This document shows positions 34,665 to 44,298 of a stretch of DNA of 59,445 nucleotides, piece by piece. The stretch covers positions 1 to 59,445 of IMG/VR virus record IMGVR_UViG_3300023435_000002. The stretch is one strand, 5' to 3'. Both the position numbers and the translations under genes were made by a program. A model generated the notes under the pieces. It was not told the DNA's origin. It searched no databases and worked only from the letters and a program-made list of their open reading frames with translations. Every line of letters begins with the position of its first letter. Position 1 is the first letter of the stretch. Origin of the DNA: a virus.

Positions 34665-35009
34665 TTATTTTTTGAATACGTATTTTAATTTTTGGATTGC
34701 ATATTGATATGGAGTTGGGTTTCCTGGCTCCTTAAAGTAAAATGAAATGTTAATAATGAATGCTACTAATATTATAATACTTGAAAGAGAAAATCCGAAT
34801 CCTATCAAACAAAGTATCAAACCAAACCACTCATGTCCTAAGAAATCATAAAAGGAAAAATGTCCATATGAATATAAATGTTCTATCATTAAAATAACTC
34901 CAGCCAATGCAATAAGTTCTAGGATTGGTGAACGAATACTTATATAAAAAGCTCCAGCTATTAAAATAAATCCTAATAGTTTTTTTACTTCTTGTTTTAT
35001 GTATTCCAT
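34665..35009 (-). CDS. Polytopic small membrane protein
   Basis: ORF track. Three to four hydrophobic segments. Confidence 0.6.
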   Translation of the reverse strand: MEYIKQEVKKLLGFILIAGAFYISIRSPILELIALAGVILMIEHLYSYGHFSFYDFLGHEWFGLILCLIGFGFSLSSIIILVAFIINISFYFKEPGNPTPYQYAIQKLKYVFKK

Positions 35010-35011
35010 TT

Positions 35012-36253
35012 TTAATATAAGTTGTACTTAACCGCTTGTTCAGTCACATTATCTGTTTTACTTAAGTCTGTTCGTGTGATTACTATCCTTCTCCAAAGCG
35101 CAGTGCCTGCCGTTGGTCTAGCAATTTCTCCGTTGTTTACATCTGTATAATTTGACCCACCATCAGCAGAAATGCTTATTTGTTCACTACTTGTTGCATC
35201 TATTGTTGAATTAATTGAGACAATGGCGTTATCAGTTGAAGCAACTGTATCTTTAAAGATTAAAGTACCATTTCCTGCGCCCTCATTGGCAAGAGTATCT
35301 GCTGCAGTAAAAAGTGGAATTGAATCATCTCCAAAATAATCAACCAAAGTAGTTGTATCTCCAGTAACATTATCAACCCAAGTTATATCTCCCTTACAAA
35401 TAATTATTCCGACAACATGAGAAGCATTTGCAGCTGGACCTCCTGCAGATAATTGGACTTGCACTGTAGCTGGATTAGACTTATCATCTGCACTTGTGTC
35501 AGTTTCAGTTTCATCGCTAACTGCACCTCCAGCTCCAGACGATGCTGTATTCAAAACTGTCGCACTTGGCATTTCCCAATTACAAGTAGTAGTTTGAGAA
35601 TCTGCGTTAACAGTACAATAAGACCAAGAATTTGTATTTGTATTAGTTGACGTATCATCAAAGGTCCCATCATAAGTTCCTGCAGCAACAGTACCACCAA
35701 CTTTAGAATCAATCATATGTGCTTGCTTTCCAACATCTCCAGCATCACTAACTTTAACAGCAGTAACAGAAGTAAACATATCAATCATAGGCGTTTCTGA
35801 TTTAGTGATAATTCCTGCGCCTCCAGTTCCGTCTCCCCACCAAAGAGACTTATGAACTTTAGCTTTTTGAACTTCAGATGTTCCAGTTGTTGCATAAACC
35901 AACCATGCACCAGAATTAATTTGTATTACTTCAACATCATTTGTTTTCTGTGTCCAAGCATCGCTAAAGCTTGTTGCTTCAATGATGGCATAATTGAGAA
36001 CCCCACTCAAATCAGTCAATTTATATATATCATCAGTAGAATCATAAACAAACCCATAATTTACATCTGCATCATCAGAAGCAAAAACTGAATATTTTAC
36101 ATTATCTAAATTAGGGGTAGTGGAATTATAAAGTTTTGAATCAAACCCAATATAAGCAGCATTAAAAAGTAGTTGGGAAGTATCTAAGAAATTTAAACCT
36201 ATGGCATTCATTACTTCATCTGCATCTGCTACTTGTCCATTTATTATTGTCAT
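35012..36253 (-). CDS. Tail fibre or baseplate-associated protein, hypothetical
   Basis: ORF track. Thr/Ser/Gly/Asp-rich. AAGGAGAT lies 8 nt before the ATG. Confidence 0.6.
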   Translation of the reverse strand: MTIINGQVADADEVMNAIGLNFLDTSQLLFNAAYIGFDSKLYNSTTPNLDNVKYSVFASDDADVNYGFVYDSTDDIYKLTDLSGVLNYAIIEATSFSDAWTQKTNDVEVIQINSGAWLVYATTGTSEVQKAKVHKSLWWGDGTGGAGIITKSETPMIDMFTSVTAVKVSDAGDVGKQAHMIDSKVGGTVAAGTYDGTFDDTSTNTNTNSWSYCTVNADSQTTTCNWEMPSATVLNTASSGAGGAVSDETETDTSADDKSNPATVQVQLSAGGPAANASHVVGIIICKGDITWVDNVTGDTTTLVDYFGDDSIPLFTAADTLANEGAGNGTLIFKDTVASTDNAIVSINSTIDATSSEQISISADGGSNYTDVNNGEIARPTAGTALWRRIVITRTDLSKTDNVTEQAVKYNLY

Positions 36254-36321
36254 TAGATTTTAATCTCCTTCATTTTGTTAAATTTTAGAATATAAAGTGT
36301 CATACTTATATATTAAATTAT

Positions 36322-36361
36322 GGTAAGTTATTTAAAAAGGTAATAATAAATATTATATTAT
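36322..36361 (-). promoter_or_regulatory. Late-module conserved intergenic element R1 (TATA-like TTTAAATAA plus an upstream AT-rich box, in minus-strand sense)
   Basis: ggtaagttatttaaaaaggtaataataaatattatattat. It matches 42152..42191 at 39 of 40 positions and shares 34 nt with 50891..50924. Confidence 0.55.
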
Positions 36362-36727
36362 TTAAAATATCTCAATTGTGTTCTCAATCTGCAGCTCATT
36401 TGTACCATCAAACTCAACTGCTGTGAAACCATTGTGAGTTAATATACTTCCAACACCTGCTGCACCCGAAGCAACTAAACCAACTTCTGTTAAAGATATT
36501 CCGCTCATCTCAATACTATTCCAATTTGACTGAGTAGTTATCTTTTTAGATACCGTAAAATCTATACTGCCACCAGTGAATGCTTGTCTATCAACTTCAT
36601 TAAATAATGTTGTATCCGAAATTGCAACTGCGCCACTACCACTACCTATTGCAGTGTACTCTAATACTGGAATATTACTTCCCATTCTTATTGCATTATA
36701 TTCTTTACCATATGTTGTTATTACCAT
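36362..36727 (-). CDS. Hypothetical tail/baseplate protein
   Basis: ORF track. Confidence 0.6.
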   Translation of the reverse strand: MVITTYGKEYNAIRMGSNIPVLEYTAIGSGSGAVAISDTTLFNEVDRQAFTGGSIDFTVSKKITTQSNWNSIEMSGISLTEVGLVASGAAGVGSILTHNGFTAVEFDGTNELQIENTIEIF

Positions 36728-36747
36728 TTTTATCCTCCTGTATTTAA

Positions 36748-38292
36748 TTAAAAATATCCTCCACTATGAACTACACTATATGGTCCAAAAGCACTTCCAG
36801 TAGTTCCCCATTTATCTGTTTCCCATATACCAAATGCAGGACTATTCCAAATCATTACACTGCCAGTTATGGTTCGAGTTTTAACTAATAACCCACTTTG
36901 CCTTACTCCAATACTTCCGGTGAATTGTTCTAGTCTAGTTATAATATCAGTATCCTGAATATCACCACCCTTTAAAGCATTTACATCTTTTATTAAATTT
37001 CCAATCTTATCTGTTATGTCTTGAATTTTTTTATTAAGAGTCAAAGTGATTGCTGATGAACCAAAAGATGTTTCTGGAGTTAATTTATATTTAACATTTA
37101 AAATAGTAAACTCACTTGAGGATATTCCATACGAAGGTAAGTCAACAATAACTGTATTCCCAACTATATATCTTGTTGTTGTTTTTAGTGTAACTGTAAT
37201 TCTTGTTGGCGGATTATTACTAAGTGATAATTCAGTTTTTAATCTATCTGCGGCTGTAGTTGGGTCTTTAATATCATTATCCACTATTACTTTTGATATT
37301 GGTCCATATAAATTAATTGAATCTCTATTTAATCCAAATTTAACAATAGGAATATCTTTTTGATAATCAACTGTTATACTTCCTCCAGAAGTCGGAATAC
37401 TATCACCAATATTTGTGCCTGAAATAAATACTATTTGTTGGTCGAAAAAGTCTACTAAGTAATTTGTTCCAGAACCTTCTTGTGAAAGATTATTATAGAT
37501 TCCACCAGTTTGTACACTACCCAAATAACTTACAGAAGTATTATGGGGTCTATTATTTAATGTAAAAACACTTCCACCAAGAGGACTTCCAACATTAAAA
37601 GTTTCAACTGGTGCATTTACTAATGTTCTATCTCCATATACCCATACTTTATTTACAACTCCTTCTCGTGTGCTTTTAGCTCTGGCTGAAAGAGTATTTG
37701 TATTATTTAATGTATCACCTGAAGATATTGCTTCTTTCTTTTTAAAATTTAAGTCAAAATTAACATCTACATAAAACATATATCCAGATTCTTCAGCAAG
37801 TCTTTTTATTCCCTCATATACATTAACATGATTAAAAGCAATTCGTTGAATAGTTGTTGTAGTTGTATCCACATTAGTTGTTGTAATACCTTCAACATAT
37901 TTACTAATAATATCTTTAATTATTACCGATACTTCTTGATTAGTATATACCTCTGGTTCAATAGTTACATCCTGTAATCTAGAAGTCAAATCTCTTCCGG
38001 TTAAAGTTATTCTTTCATTATTGGACTTAAATTTATGACCAAAATCTACATTCTCAATTATACCACTAAAGACTTTTGTTGTTGCTGGGGATGAATCATC
38101 TACATAAATCTCTATTGTTTGACCAACCGAGAATGTTGTATTATAAATATCATTTATATTTAATAAAGATACACTGAAATTACTACTAATACCATACTCA
38201 GAAGTTGAGTTAGTTAAATCTAATGAACTGAAATCTGTATAATCAACTGAATTAATAACCAGTCGTGTATAAAGAGTCATCTTATATACCAA
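36748..38292 (-). CDS. Distal tail / baseplate hub-like protein
   Basis: Assigned because it lies immediately after the tape measure gene and overlaps it by 11 nt. 514 aa. Confidence 0.5.
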   Translation of the reverse strand: MVYKMTLYTRLVINSVDYTDFSSLDLTNSTSEYGISSNFSVSLLNINDIYNTTFSVGQTIEIYVDDSSPATTKVFSGIIENVDFGHKFKSNNERITLTGRDLTSRLQDVTIEPEVYTNQEVSVIIKDIISKYVEGITTTNVDTTTTTIQRIAFNHVNVYEGIKRLAEESGYMFYVDVNFDLNFKKKEAISSGDTLNNTNTLSARAKSTREGVVNKVWVYGDRTLVNAPVETFNVGSPLGGSVFTLNNRPHNTSVSYLGSVQTGGIYNNLSQEGSGTNYLVDFFDQQIVFISGTNIGDSIPTSGGSITVDYQKDIPIVKFGLNRDSINLYGPISKVIVDNDIKDPTTAADRLKTELSLSNNPPTRITVTLKTTTRYIVGNTVIVDLPSYGISSSEFTILNVKYKLTPETSFGSSAITLTLNKKIQDITDKIGNLIKDVNALKGGDIQDTDIITRLEQFTGSIGVRQSGLLVKTRTITGSVMIWNSPAFGIWETDKWGTTGSAFGPYSVVHSGGYF

Positions 38293-40153
38293 TAGTATTA
38301 TTTAATTTTTCGTTCAATGCTTCAGATATATTATCTGGGTCTACTCCATTAACATTTTCAATATTTATGGTAGTAGTTGACTTCTGTTGTTCTTCTGCAT
38401 CAAATCCTATTTTATCTTTTACTGAATCAAGTAACAGTTGTCCTTCTAAATCTAATTTGTTACTTAGCATTTTTTGTTCAGCTTCTAAATTTAATTTTAA
38501 TGCACCAATATCTGTTAGTTCACCTTTTATACTACTTAGGTCAACATTTGGAACTAATGGAATACTAATTTTTGTTACTCTGTTTGCTATTCGTATTAAT
38601 GTATTAATAAAGTCTATTGCCTTTTGAATTTTTTTACCTATATAATCTACAATTGCATTCCAAACATTAAATGCAACATTTTTCATAGTTGCCATTGCTA
38701 TTTCAAAACTATCTTTTACTTTTTGCCAAGCCATTTGTAAGGCTTTTGATACATATATCATAACACTTAGTAATGAAACTAATATATTTTTCCAATTTTT
38801 AATTAATGCAATTATCCATATAATCGGTCCACCTAATAATAATAACGCAACTTTTAGCTTTGTAGACATTTCTTCCCATTGTCTAAAAATAATAATTGCC
38901 GCGGTTATTCCTATAATAATTGCTGCAATAATTAATAACCAAGGAGAAGCCACAAGAGTTAAAATTCCTATTGCTACTGATAATGCACCAACTGCTATTG
39001 TAACTAATCCAAATATAACAATGGCTTCTCGGACTGCTGGATTTGCGTTCTCCCATTTGTCCGTTACCCACGCTATTGCTGTTGATAATGCCTCTACTAT
39101 TGGTAAAAGAACTTCTTTAATAACATTGCCAAGTTCCTCCTGAGCATTTTGAGCATTACTCATAGCCTGTCCCCATTTATAATCCATAGTATCTGAAACA
39201 TCTGCTAATTGTTTGTTCGCCAATCCTGCTGAGTCTGTAACAATATCAATTGAATTGGCAACATTTTCAGCACCCAATCCTACTAATGGCATAATACCTT
39301 TTAATGCCCGTTTATTAGCAAACAATGTCGCTATCGCTTCTGAATCATTATCAACAGAACCAGTTAGCATTTTTATAGAAGCATTTAATCCTTCCTGTTC
39401 CACCATTGAAGCGGCACTTTCATATCCTAATATCTTAACAGCATCTTTCATAGCATCTGTAGGTTTCAAAAACGACATCATAATCTGTGACAAGGATGTA
39501 CCAGTTTCTGCACTACTTGACATAAATTTAGTCAATCCGGCAAATGTTCCTGCCGCTTCTTCTAAGGATATTCCCATTTGTCCGGCCATTGTTGCTACTT
39601 CTGGAAAAGCCACTGCTAATTCTCCCATAGTAGTTTGACCAGCTTTTACTGTACCCGCAAATATATCTGTAATCTTGGCTGCATCCTCTGCGCCCATATC
39701 ATATGCGGCCATAGTTTTTGTTAAAGCATTAATAACTTGTTCTTGGTCTGCCATACCACCAACACTTGAAACTATTGCGGCATCCATAACTAATTGTGCA
39801 TCAGCAACATCTGTAATTCCTGCTGATATTGTTTGATACAACCCATCTAATACATCTAGTTGGTCACCTTGATTACCTAACTTTACATTTGAATCTTTTA
39901 CATATTCTGCAAATATTTTTTGTGCATCCTGACCTTCATCTAGTAATGTATTTACTCTAGCAAATCCTGTTTCCACTTCATTTGCAGATTTTACTGCACC
40001 CATCATACCTTTTGCTAGTACAACACTTACTCCACCTGCTACAATTGCTGCAGTTCTAAAATTACTTAATGAAGTTTTTGCTTTATTAAAAACTGTACTA
40101 AATTTATCTTTAGCACTTATAATAATCTCAACCGCATTTCCACCTAATACCAT
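38282..40153 (-). CDS. Tail tape measure protein
   Basis: 623 aa, Ala/Gly-rich helical. LGNQGDQLDVLDGLYQTISAGI... is a TMP-core-like segment. It has a central hydrophobic block and follows the chaperone gene. Confidence 0.8.
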   Translation of the reverse strand: MVLGGNAVEIIISAKDKFSTVFNKAKTSLSNFRTAAIVAGGVSVVLAKGMMGAVKSANEVETGFARVNTLLDEGQDAQKIFAEYVKDSNVKLGNQGDQLDVLDGLYQTISAGITDVADAQLVMDAAIVSSVGGMADQEQVINALTKTMAAYDMGAEDAAKITDIFAGTVKAGQTTMGELAVAFPEVATMAGQMGISLEEAAGTFAGLTKFMSSSAETGTSLSQIMMSFLKPTDAMKDAVKILGYESAASMVEQEGLNASIKMLTGSVDNDSEAIATLFANKRALKGIMPLVGLGAENVANSIDIVTDSAGLANKQLADVSDTMDYKWGQAMSNAQNAQEELGNVIKEVLLPIVEALSTAIAWVTDKWENANPAVREAIVIFGLVTIAVGALSVAIGILTLVASPWLLIIAAIIIGITAAIIIFRQWEEMSTKLKVALLLLGGPIIWIIALIKNWKNILVSLLSVMIYVSKALQMAWQKVKDSFEIAMATMKNVAFNVWNAIVDYIGKKIQKAIDFINTLIRIANRVTKISIPLVPNVDLSSIKGELTDIGALKLNLEAEQKMLSNKLDLEGQLLLDSVKDKIGFDAEEQQKSTTTINIENVNGVDPDNISEALNEKLNNTIGI

Positions 40154-40154
40154 T

Positions 40155-40322
40155 TTATCTCCTTTTTTGTTTTGCTTTACGCATTGCCTTTTCTCTATCC
40201 TTATTAACTTTCTTTATATATACACAAGCTTGCTTATGTTCTCGTAAAGTTAATTCCTTGACATCTCGTAAAGACCATTTAAAATAATCACAAAGAGCCA
40301 GTTCTGACCTTATTCTTTTGTC
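40155..40322 (-). CDS. -1 frame extension of the tail assembly chaperone (candidate G-T type frameshift product)
   Basis: The -1 frame reads RIRSELALCDYFKWSLRDVKELTLREHKQACVYIKKVNKDREKAMRKAKQKRR* from ACAAAAG at the end of 40310..40558 up to 1 nt before the TMP ATG. Confidence 0.4.
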   Translation of the reverse strand, partial: DKRIRSELALCDYFKWSLRDVKELTLREHKQACVYIKKVNKDREKAMRKAKQKRR

Positions 40323-40558
40323 TGAACTGGATTCGGAAAATCCTGTTTATCAAGTCCATTGAACTTGGTAATCTCCTTAGTTAGCTTAATTCCTGCTTGC
40401 ATTGTTAACTCATCATAATCAGCATCTGACATTTCTGTTGAAAGTTGAACTAATTGTTTTGCGGCTTCACTCTTGTTATCACTAAATGATGTTGCATCTT
40501 TATACTTTAACTCTTTCAAAGTATATGATTTTTCTCCTACTGTAATTGTTTGTTCCAT
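40310..40558 (-). CDS. Tail assembly chaperone (G-like)
   Basis: 82 aa and acidic. Lies between the tail tube and tape measure genes. Confidence 0.55.
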   Translation of the reverse strand: MEQTITVGEKSYTLKELKYKDATSFSDNKSEAAKQLVQLSTEMSDADYDELTMQAGIKLTKEITKFNGLDKQDFPNPVQTKE

Positions 40559-40598
40559 TGTTTTTTAACCTCCTGTTTGTTTACTTACTATCTAATTT

Positions 40599-40624
40599 AA
40601 AAAAATAAAAAAAAAATAAAAAAA
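40599..40624 (-). terminator. Oligo-T terminator after the tail tube gene
   Basis: In minus-strand sense: TTTTTTTATTTTTTTTTTATTTTTTT, 6 nt after the stop of 40631..41629. No hairpin is needed under the archaeal model. Confidence 0.55.
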
Positions 40625-40630
40625 GCTTGT

Positions 40631-41629
40631 TTACCAAGCGTTGTACTTCTCTACTAAATCATTAACTACTACAATACAATTCGACGGTCGAATTGTTGCA
40701 CCATATTCAATAACTCCTTCCGCTGGTGTTGGTGTTGACATTTCTGTAATGTTACATCCACTCATTATGAAGAATGCTTCTTCACTTCCAGTAGTTTGAG
40801 AAACTTCTAACATACAATTAAATGTACTACCACCTTGATAGTATGTATCGTATAGCGTTCTAGCCCATTCCGAAGTTGCATCTAAAGTTAATTCAAAAGA
40901 ATAATCTCTATTCTCTGGAATTTGTCCAGCTGCTACTTTACTTCCATTCAAATAATGTTTAGTTGCTAAATTGTTATTAATAGTCCATGTGAAATCTTTT
41001 ACTTCATCTAAAGTTGTACCACTTGGTACGTGTATTTGACAATCACTAAAGATGTACGGTCGTGTAGAATCTTTATCTTTGATATTACTAATATCTGTTG
41101 TTTTACTTCCAACACTTACACTTTGACCTTTATAACTTACTTCACAATTTACTGGCTCACCTTCTGTAGCACTTATACTAACACTATCAACGGTACAACC
41201 ACCGTATGTTCTTACTAAATTATTTCCATCACTTAGTTTCTGTGCATCTTGTACAGTAAAGCTAGCAAACGGATTTAATGTTCCTGATGTTGCTACATAA
41301 GAATCATCACTATTTGCTTCAACTAAATTATGTAAATAAGGACTTGGACTTCCTGAGTCTACCATTGAACCCATAGCGAATCCAACCATCTTCCAATCTT
41401 GAGGATGGAAAGTTAATGTACCTTCATAGTCTTTTGTTGAATTAATATACTGACCAACGTTCCTATCACCTACACCAACATATCTTTCTTCGATGTAATT
41501 AACAGATTCTCCGGGGTCATGTGTTTGTACTAATCCAATCCAGTTACCACTCGTTCCTGTTTTAGTTGCGTATGTTCCTGATTCGTAGAAAAATGTTACT
41601 TGCGCATCATTCCCTACATATATACCCAT
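40631..41629 (-). CDS. Major tail (tube) protein
   Basis: Assigned from its position upstream of the chaperone and tape measure genes. It is followed by a strong oligo-T tract, and GGAGGT precedes the ATG. Confidence 0.55.
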   Translation of the reverse strand: MGIYVGNDAQVTFFYESGTYATKTGTSGNWIGLVQTHDPGESVNYIEERYVGVGDRNVGQYINSTKDYEGTLTFHPQDWKMVGFAMGSMVDSGSPSPYLHNLVEANSDDSYVATSGTLNPFASFTVQDAQKLSDGNNLVRTYGGCTVDSVSISATEGEPVNCEVSYKGQSVSVGSKTTDISNIKDKDSTRPYIFSDCQIHVPSGTTLDEVKDFTWTINNNLATKHYLNGSKVAAGQIPENRDYSFELTLDATSEWARTLYDTYYQGGSTFNCMLEVSQTTGSEEAFFIMSGCNITEMSTPTPAEGVIEYGATIRPSNCIVVVNDLVEKYNAW

Positions 41630-41655
41630 ATTTTTTTACCTCCATATTAATTTAA

Positions 41656-42093
41656 TTATGACAATATCGTAGAGTATTCAAAATTCATTACCATTGACTT
41701 TGGTTTTTTTGAACCCTCCTCTTCAATCGGAACTGCAGAAGTTAATCTAAATCCATAGATTTTTTCTTCATTTGTACCATTTGCACCATATTGAATTTGT
41801 CGTAATCTGTCAACTACTAAGCTAGTTAAACCATCTTTTTCTTTTTCATTTCTAGCCCACACTCTAATCTCTACCATTAATGTAGCCCATTGTTGTTCAG
41901 ATGCCATTCCTAGACTTCTTGTATCTATATCAACTGCTTTAAGTGTTATAATTGGATATCTTACATCTACTTCTGGATAAGATGTCATAACAAAACCACT
42001 TCCTCTACTAAGAGGGTCTGTTATATTTGTACGTAAGTCATTACGTAAGAATAGGATAATATCCTTAATAAATGTGGTGCTACTTATAGTCAT
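41656..42093 (-). CDS. Tail terminator / tail completion-like protein
   Basis: Assigned from gene order only. Confidence 0.4.
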   Translation of the reverse strand: MTISSTTFIKDIILFLRNDLRTNITDPLSRGSGFVMTSYPEVDVRYPIITLKAVDIDTRSLGMASEQQWATLMVEIRVWARNEKEKDGLTSLVVDRLRQIQYGANGTNEEKIYGFRLTSAVPIEEEGSKKPKSMVMNFEYSTILS

Positions 42094-42151
42094 TTTTGGT
42101 TTCCTCGCTTGGATTATACTAAACTCGCTTGCTTAATATAATAAAAATAAG

Positions 42152-42191
42152 GGTAAGTTATTTAAAAAGGTTATAATAAATATTATATTAT
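42152..42191 (-). promoter_or_regulatory. Late-module conserved intergenic element R2
   Basis: ggtaagttatttaaaaaggttataataaatattatattat. It abuts the stop of 42192..42560. Confidence 0.55.
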
Positions 42192-42560
42192 TTATAGTTT
42201 ATTTAAATCGGCTTGTATAAAGGAATTTACTTTAGATTTATTCCTATTAAGTGAATTCTGAAAATGTCGTCTTGGTGATATTCTTGAAGTTCCATACTCT
42301 AAATATTTTGCATAATCAACATCACTGAATATAGTAGCAGATTCTTTACTTGATTTACTTTTAACACTTCCAAGAAATTTTCCTGTATCAACACTTGTTG
42401 GTTCTGCATTTCTTCCTGCAACAGATTGTTTAACTTCACTTTCAATAAATAAAGCAACCTTATTCATTGCTGATGCAATTAACATTTCTGATTGCTTATT
42501 TTTTGCTGCTAAATATAAAGTAGTTTTAGGTATTCCCTTAATTTTAAAAGAAATTGTCAT
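42192..42560 (-). CDS. HK97 gp10-like head-tail joining protein
   Basis: ...VDYAKYLEYGTSRISPRRHF... is typical of the gp10 family, and the size fits. Confidence 0.6.
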   Translation of the reverse strand: MTISFKIKGIPKTTLYLAAKNKQSEMLIASAMNKVALFIESEVKQSVAGRNAEPTSVDTGKFLGSVKSKSSKESATIFSDVDYAKYLEYGTSRISPRRHFQNSLNRNKSKVNSFIQADLNKL

Positions 42561-42982
42561 TAATACACACTTCCGTTTTGATGATATCTAATATATATTT
42601 TCTTATAAACATCTTCATTAGAAAGATTTAAGAGTTTTACCCCGTCCGGAATGATACTATAATATTCTGATGCCGGACTTCCTAGTCCAATTAATACATT
42701 GCCACTAACATCTACTGAGCCATTAATATAAAGTTTTTTATCCTTAGTTAGGAGTTTCCCTTGCTCCATTAATACAGCATCCTCACTCCCAAACTTATTT
42801 TTTATAGGTAAAAGAATCCCAGAAGTAAATGTAGTTCCGGATACTTGTGTATAAGTATATTCATCATCATAATCAGATGAACCAGCTGAACCAGTAAAAG
42901 AAGTAACTGTGATTTGTCTTCCGTATGGCATCAATGTATTCATACCATCTGTAAAAATATCTAAAGAAGTCATTTTATACAC
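42560..42982 (-). CDS. Head closure / head-tail adaptor-like protein
   Basis: Assigned from gene order. TAATG-type junctions. Confidence 0.4.
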   Translation of the reverse strand: MYKMTSLDIFTDGMNTLMPYGRQITVTSFTGSAGSSDYDDEYTYTQVSGTTFTSGILLPIKNKFGSEDAVLMEQGKLLTKDKKLYINGSVDVSGNVLIGLGSPASEYYSIIPDGVKLLNLSNEDVYKKIYIRYHQNGSVY

Positions 42983-43271
42983 CCCATACTTTCTTGAATG
43001 CCATTGTATTTGTTAAGTCCTCTAACATGACCATTCCAATCTGTTTAAAAGAATCAGAAGCATCTTTATAATTTTGCTTACTGTTAGTAATTTTTAAATC
43101 ATCAATCTGAGCCGATTGCACACTAATAGTTGCACCTATTATATCATATATTTGAGCTGTAGAAAGATTAGTAATAACTGGTTGATATTTTTCAGGCACT
43201 GCTGAATCATCAATATTAGTCCCAGTAAAGTTTTCAACAACTGCTGTTTGTTGAAATATAATATTATTCAT
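42975..43271 (-). CDS. Head-tail connector-like protein
   Basis: Assigned from gene order only. Confidence 0.4.
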   Translation of the reverse strand: MNNIIFQQTAVVENFTGTNIDDSAVPEKYQPVITNLSTAQIYDIIGATISVQSAQIDDLKITNSKQNYKDASDSFKQIGMVMLEDLTNTMAFKKVWGV

Positions 43272-43357
43272 GGTAGTACCACTTATAGATGTTGGAACAT
43301 TTGTTGGTCCAACTATATTTGTAATATGCTCTGCAAACGACCCAATTGACCAAAGAG

Positions 43358-43951
43358 CTATTTTAATTTACCTCCAAAATAATTTTTCCAATCATTTCTT
43401 TTAAAATTTGTTTGCATATAACAACTAATACATAAACTTATTAAATTATCTTCATTATTATTTTTCTTGTTATAATCTATATGGTGTATTGATAGTTTTC
43501 GTACTAATTTCTTTTCAGAATAATTACATTCTTTACATTTAAATCCATCTCTTTTTCTTATTTTATGTTTAAGTGTTTTATTAAATTCTTGAGGGTATTC
43601 TTCGAATGATTTTCCACCTTTCCAATTTGAACCTTTTTTACCTTTTTGTCTTTTACTCATTAATTGTTTATATTGTGATGAATATTTTTTTCCTGTTGTT
43701 GGATTAATATATCCTTCATTATATTTTTTCTCCCATGTTTGTTTCATTTTTATTTTTGTTTCTTTTGGCAGAATATTACCTTTATGTTTATTACTATTTT
43801 TTAATAATATTTCATTTCCTTTTATAGTACCATATTCTTCTATTACAGAAATACCTTTACGATGACTTTTTTTACCTAATCGTTTTTTAATTTGATTGTT
43901 TCTATAATTACAATCTTTCCAAAGACTTTTTGTCTTTTCTCCGCGGGGCAT
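43358..43951 (-). CDS. Free-standing HNH homing endonuclease
   Basis: GSNWKGG...RKRDGFKCKEC...SIHHIDYNKKNNNEDNLISLCISC. Its ATG abuts the stop of the upstream gene (TAAATG). Confidence 0.8.
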   Translation of the reverse strand: MPRGEKTKSLWKDCNYRNNQIKKRLGKKSHRKGISVIEEYGTIKGNEILLKNSNKHKGNILPKETKIKMKQTWEKKYNEGYINPTTGKKYSSQYKQLMSKRQKGKKGSNWKGGKSFEEYPQEFNKTLKHKIRKRDGFKCKECNYSEKKLVRKLSIHHIDYNKKNNNEDNLISLCISCYMQTNFKRNDWKNYFGGKLK

Positions 43952-44275
43952 TTAAACTCCTCTCCCTGTTACGGTTGTTGAATAAGTTGCTGCACCCGAT
44001 ACATAAGCTACTGATGTTCTTATATATGGAATATGTTGTTCATAATTAAATACATCCGATTGTATACTTGTGCCTGAAGTATATAATTTACTACCGAGTG
44101 TACTCCAAACTGTACTATCAGCACTTTGTTCGATTGTTACAATCCCACTAGTATTTGCAAGAGCTTGTGTGTATACACTTTTTCTTGTAATCCTTGAAAT
44201 ATCAATTGCACTTCCAGTAGTACTAACCACTACACTTCCTAAATTAATTTCATTAACTATATCTGCTATTACCAT
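43952..44275 (-). CDS. Hypothetical structural protein (Ser/Thr/Val-rich)
   Basis: ORF track. Confidence 0.55.
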   Translation of the reverse strand: MVIADIVNEINLGSVVVSTTGSAIDISRITRKSVYTQALANTSGIVTIEQSADSTVWSTLGSKLYTSGTSIQSDVFNYEQHIPYIRTSVAYVSGAATYSTTVTGRGV

Positions 44276-44298
44276 GTTGTCCTCCTTGTGTTATTTAA

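Noticed and set aside
43272-43357. A stop-free stretch in frame with and upstream of the ORF at 42975, considered as evidence that the HNH gene splits a structural gene (intron or intein).
   Set aside because: The HNH ORF has its own start and stop in a different frame. There are no intein blocks, and no ATG, GTG or TTG in the open stretch. Thirty open codons can occur by chance.
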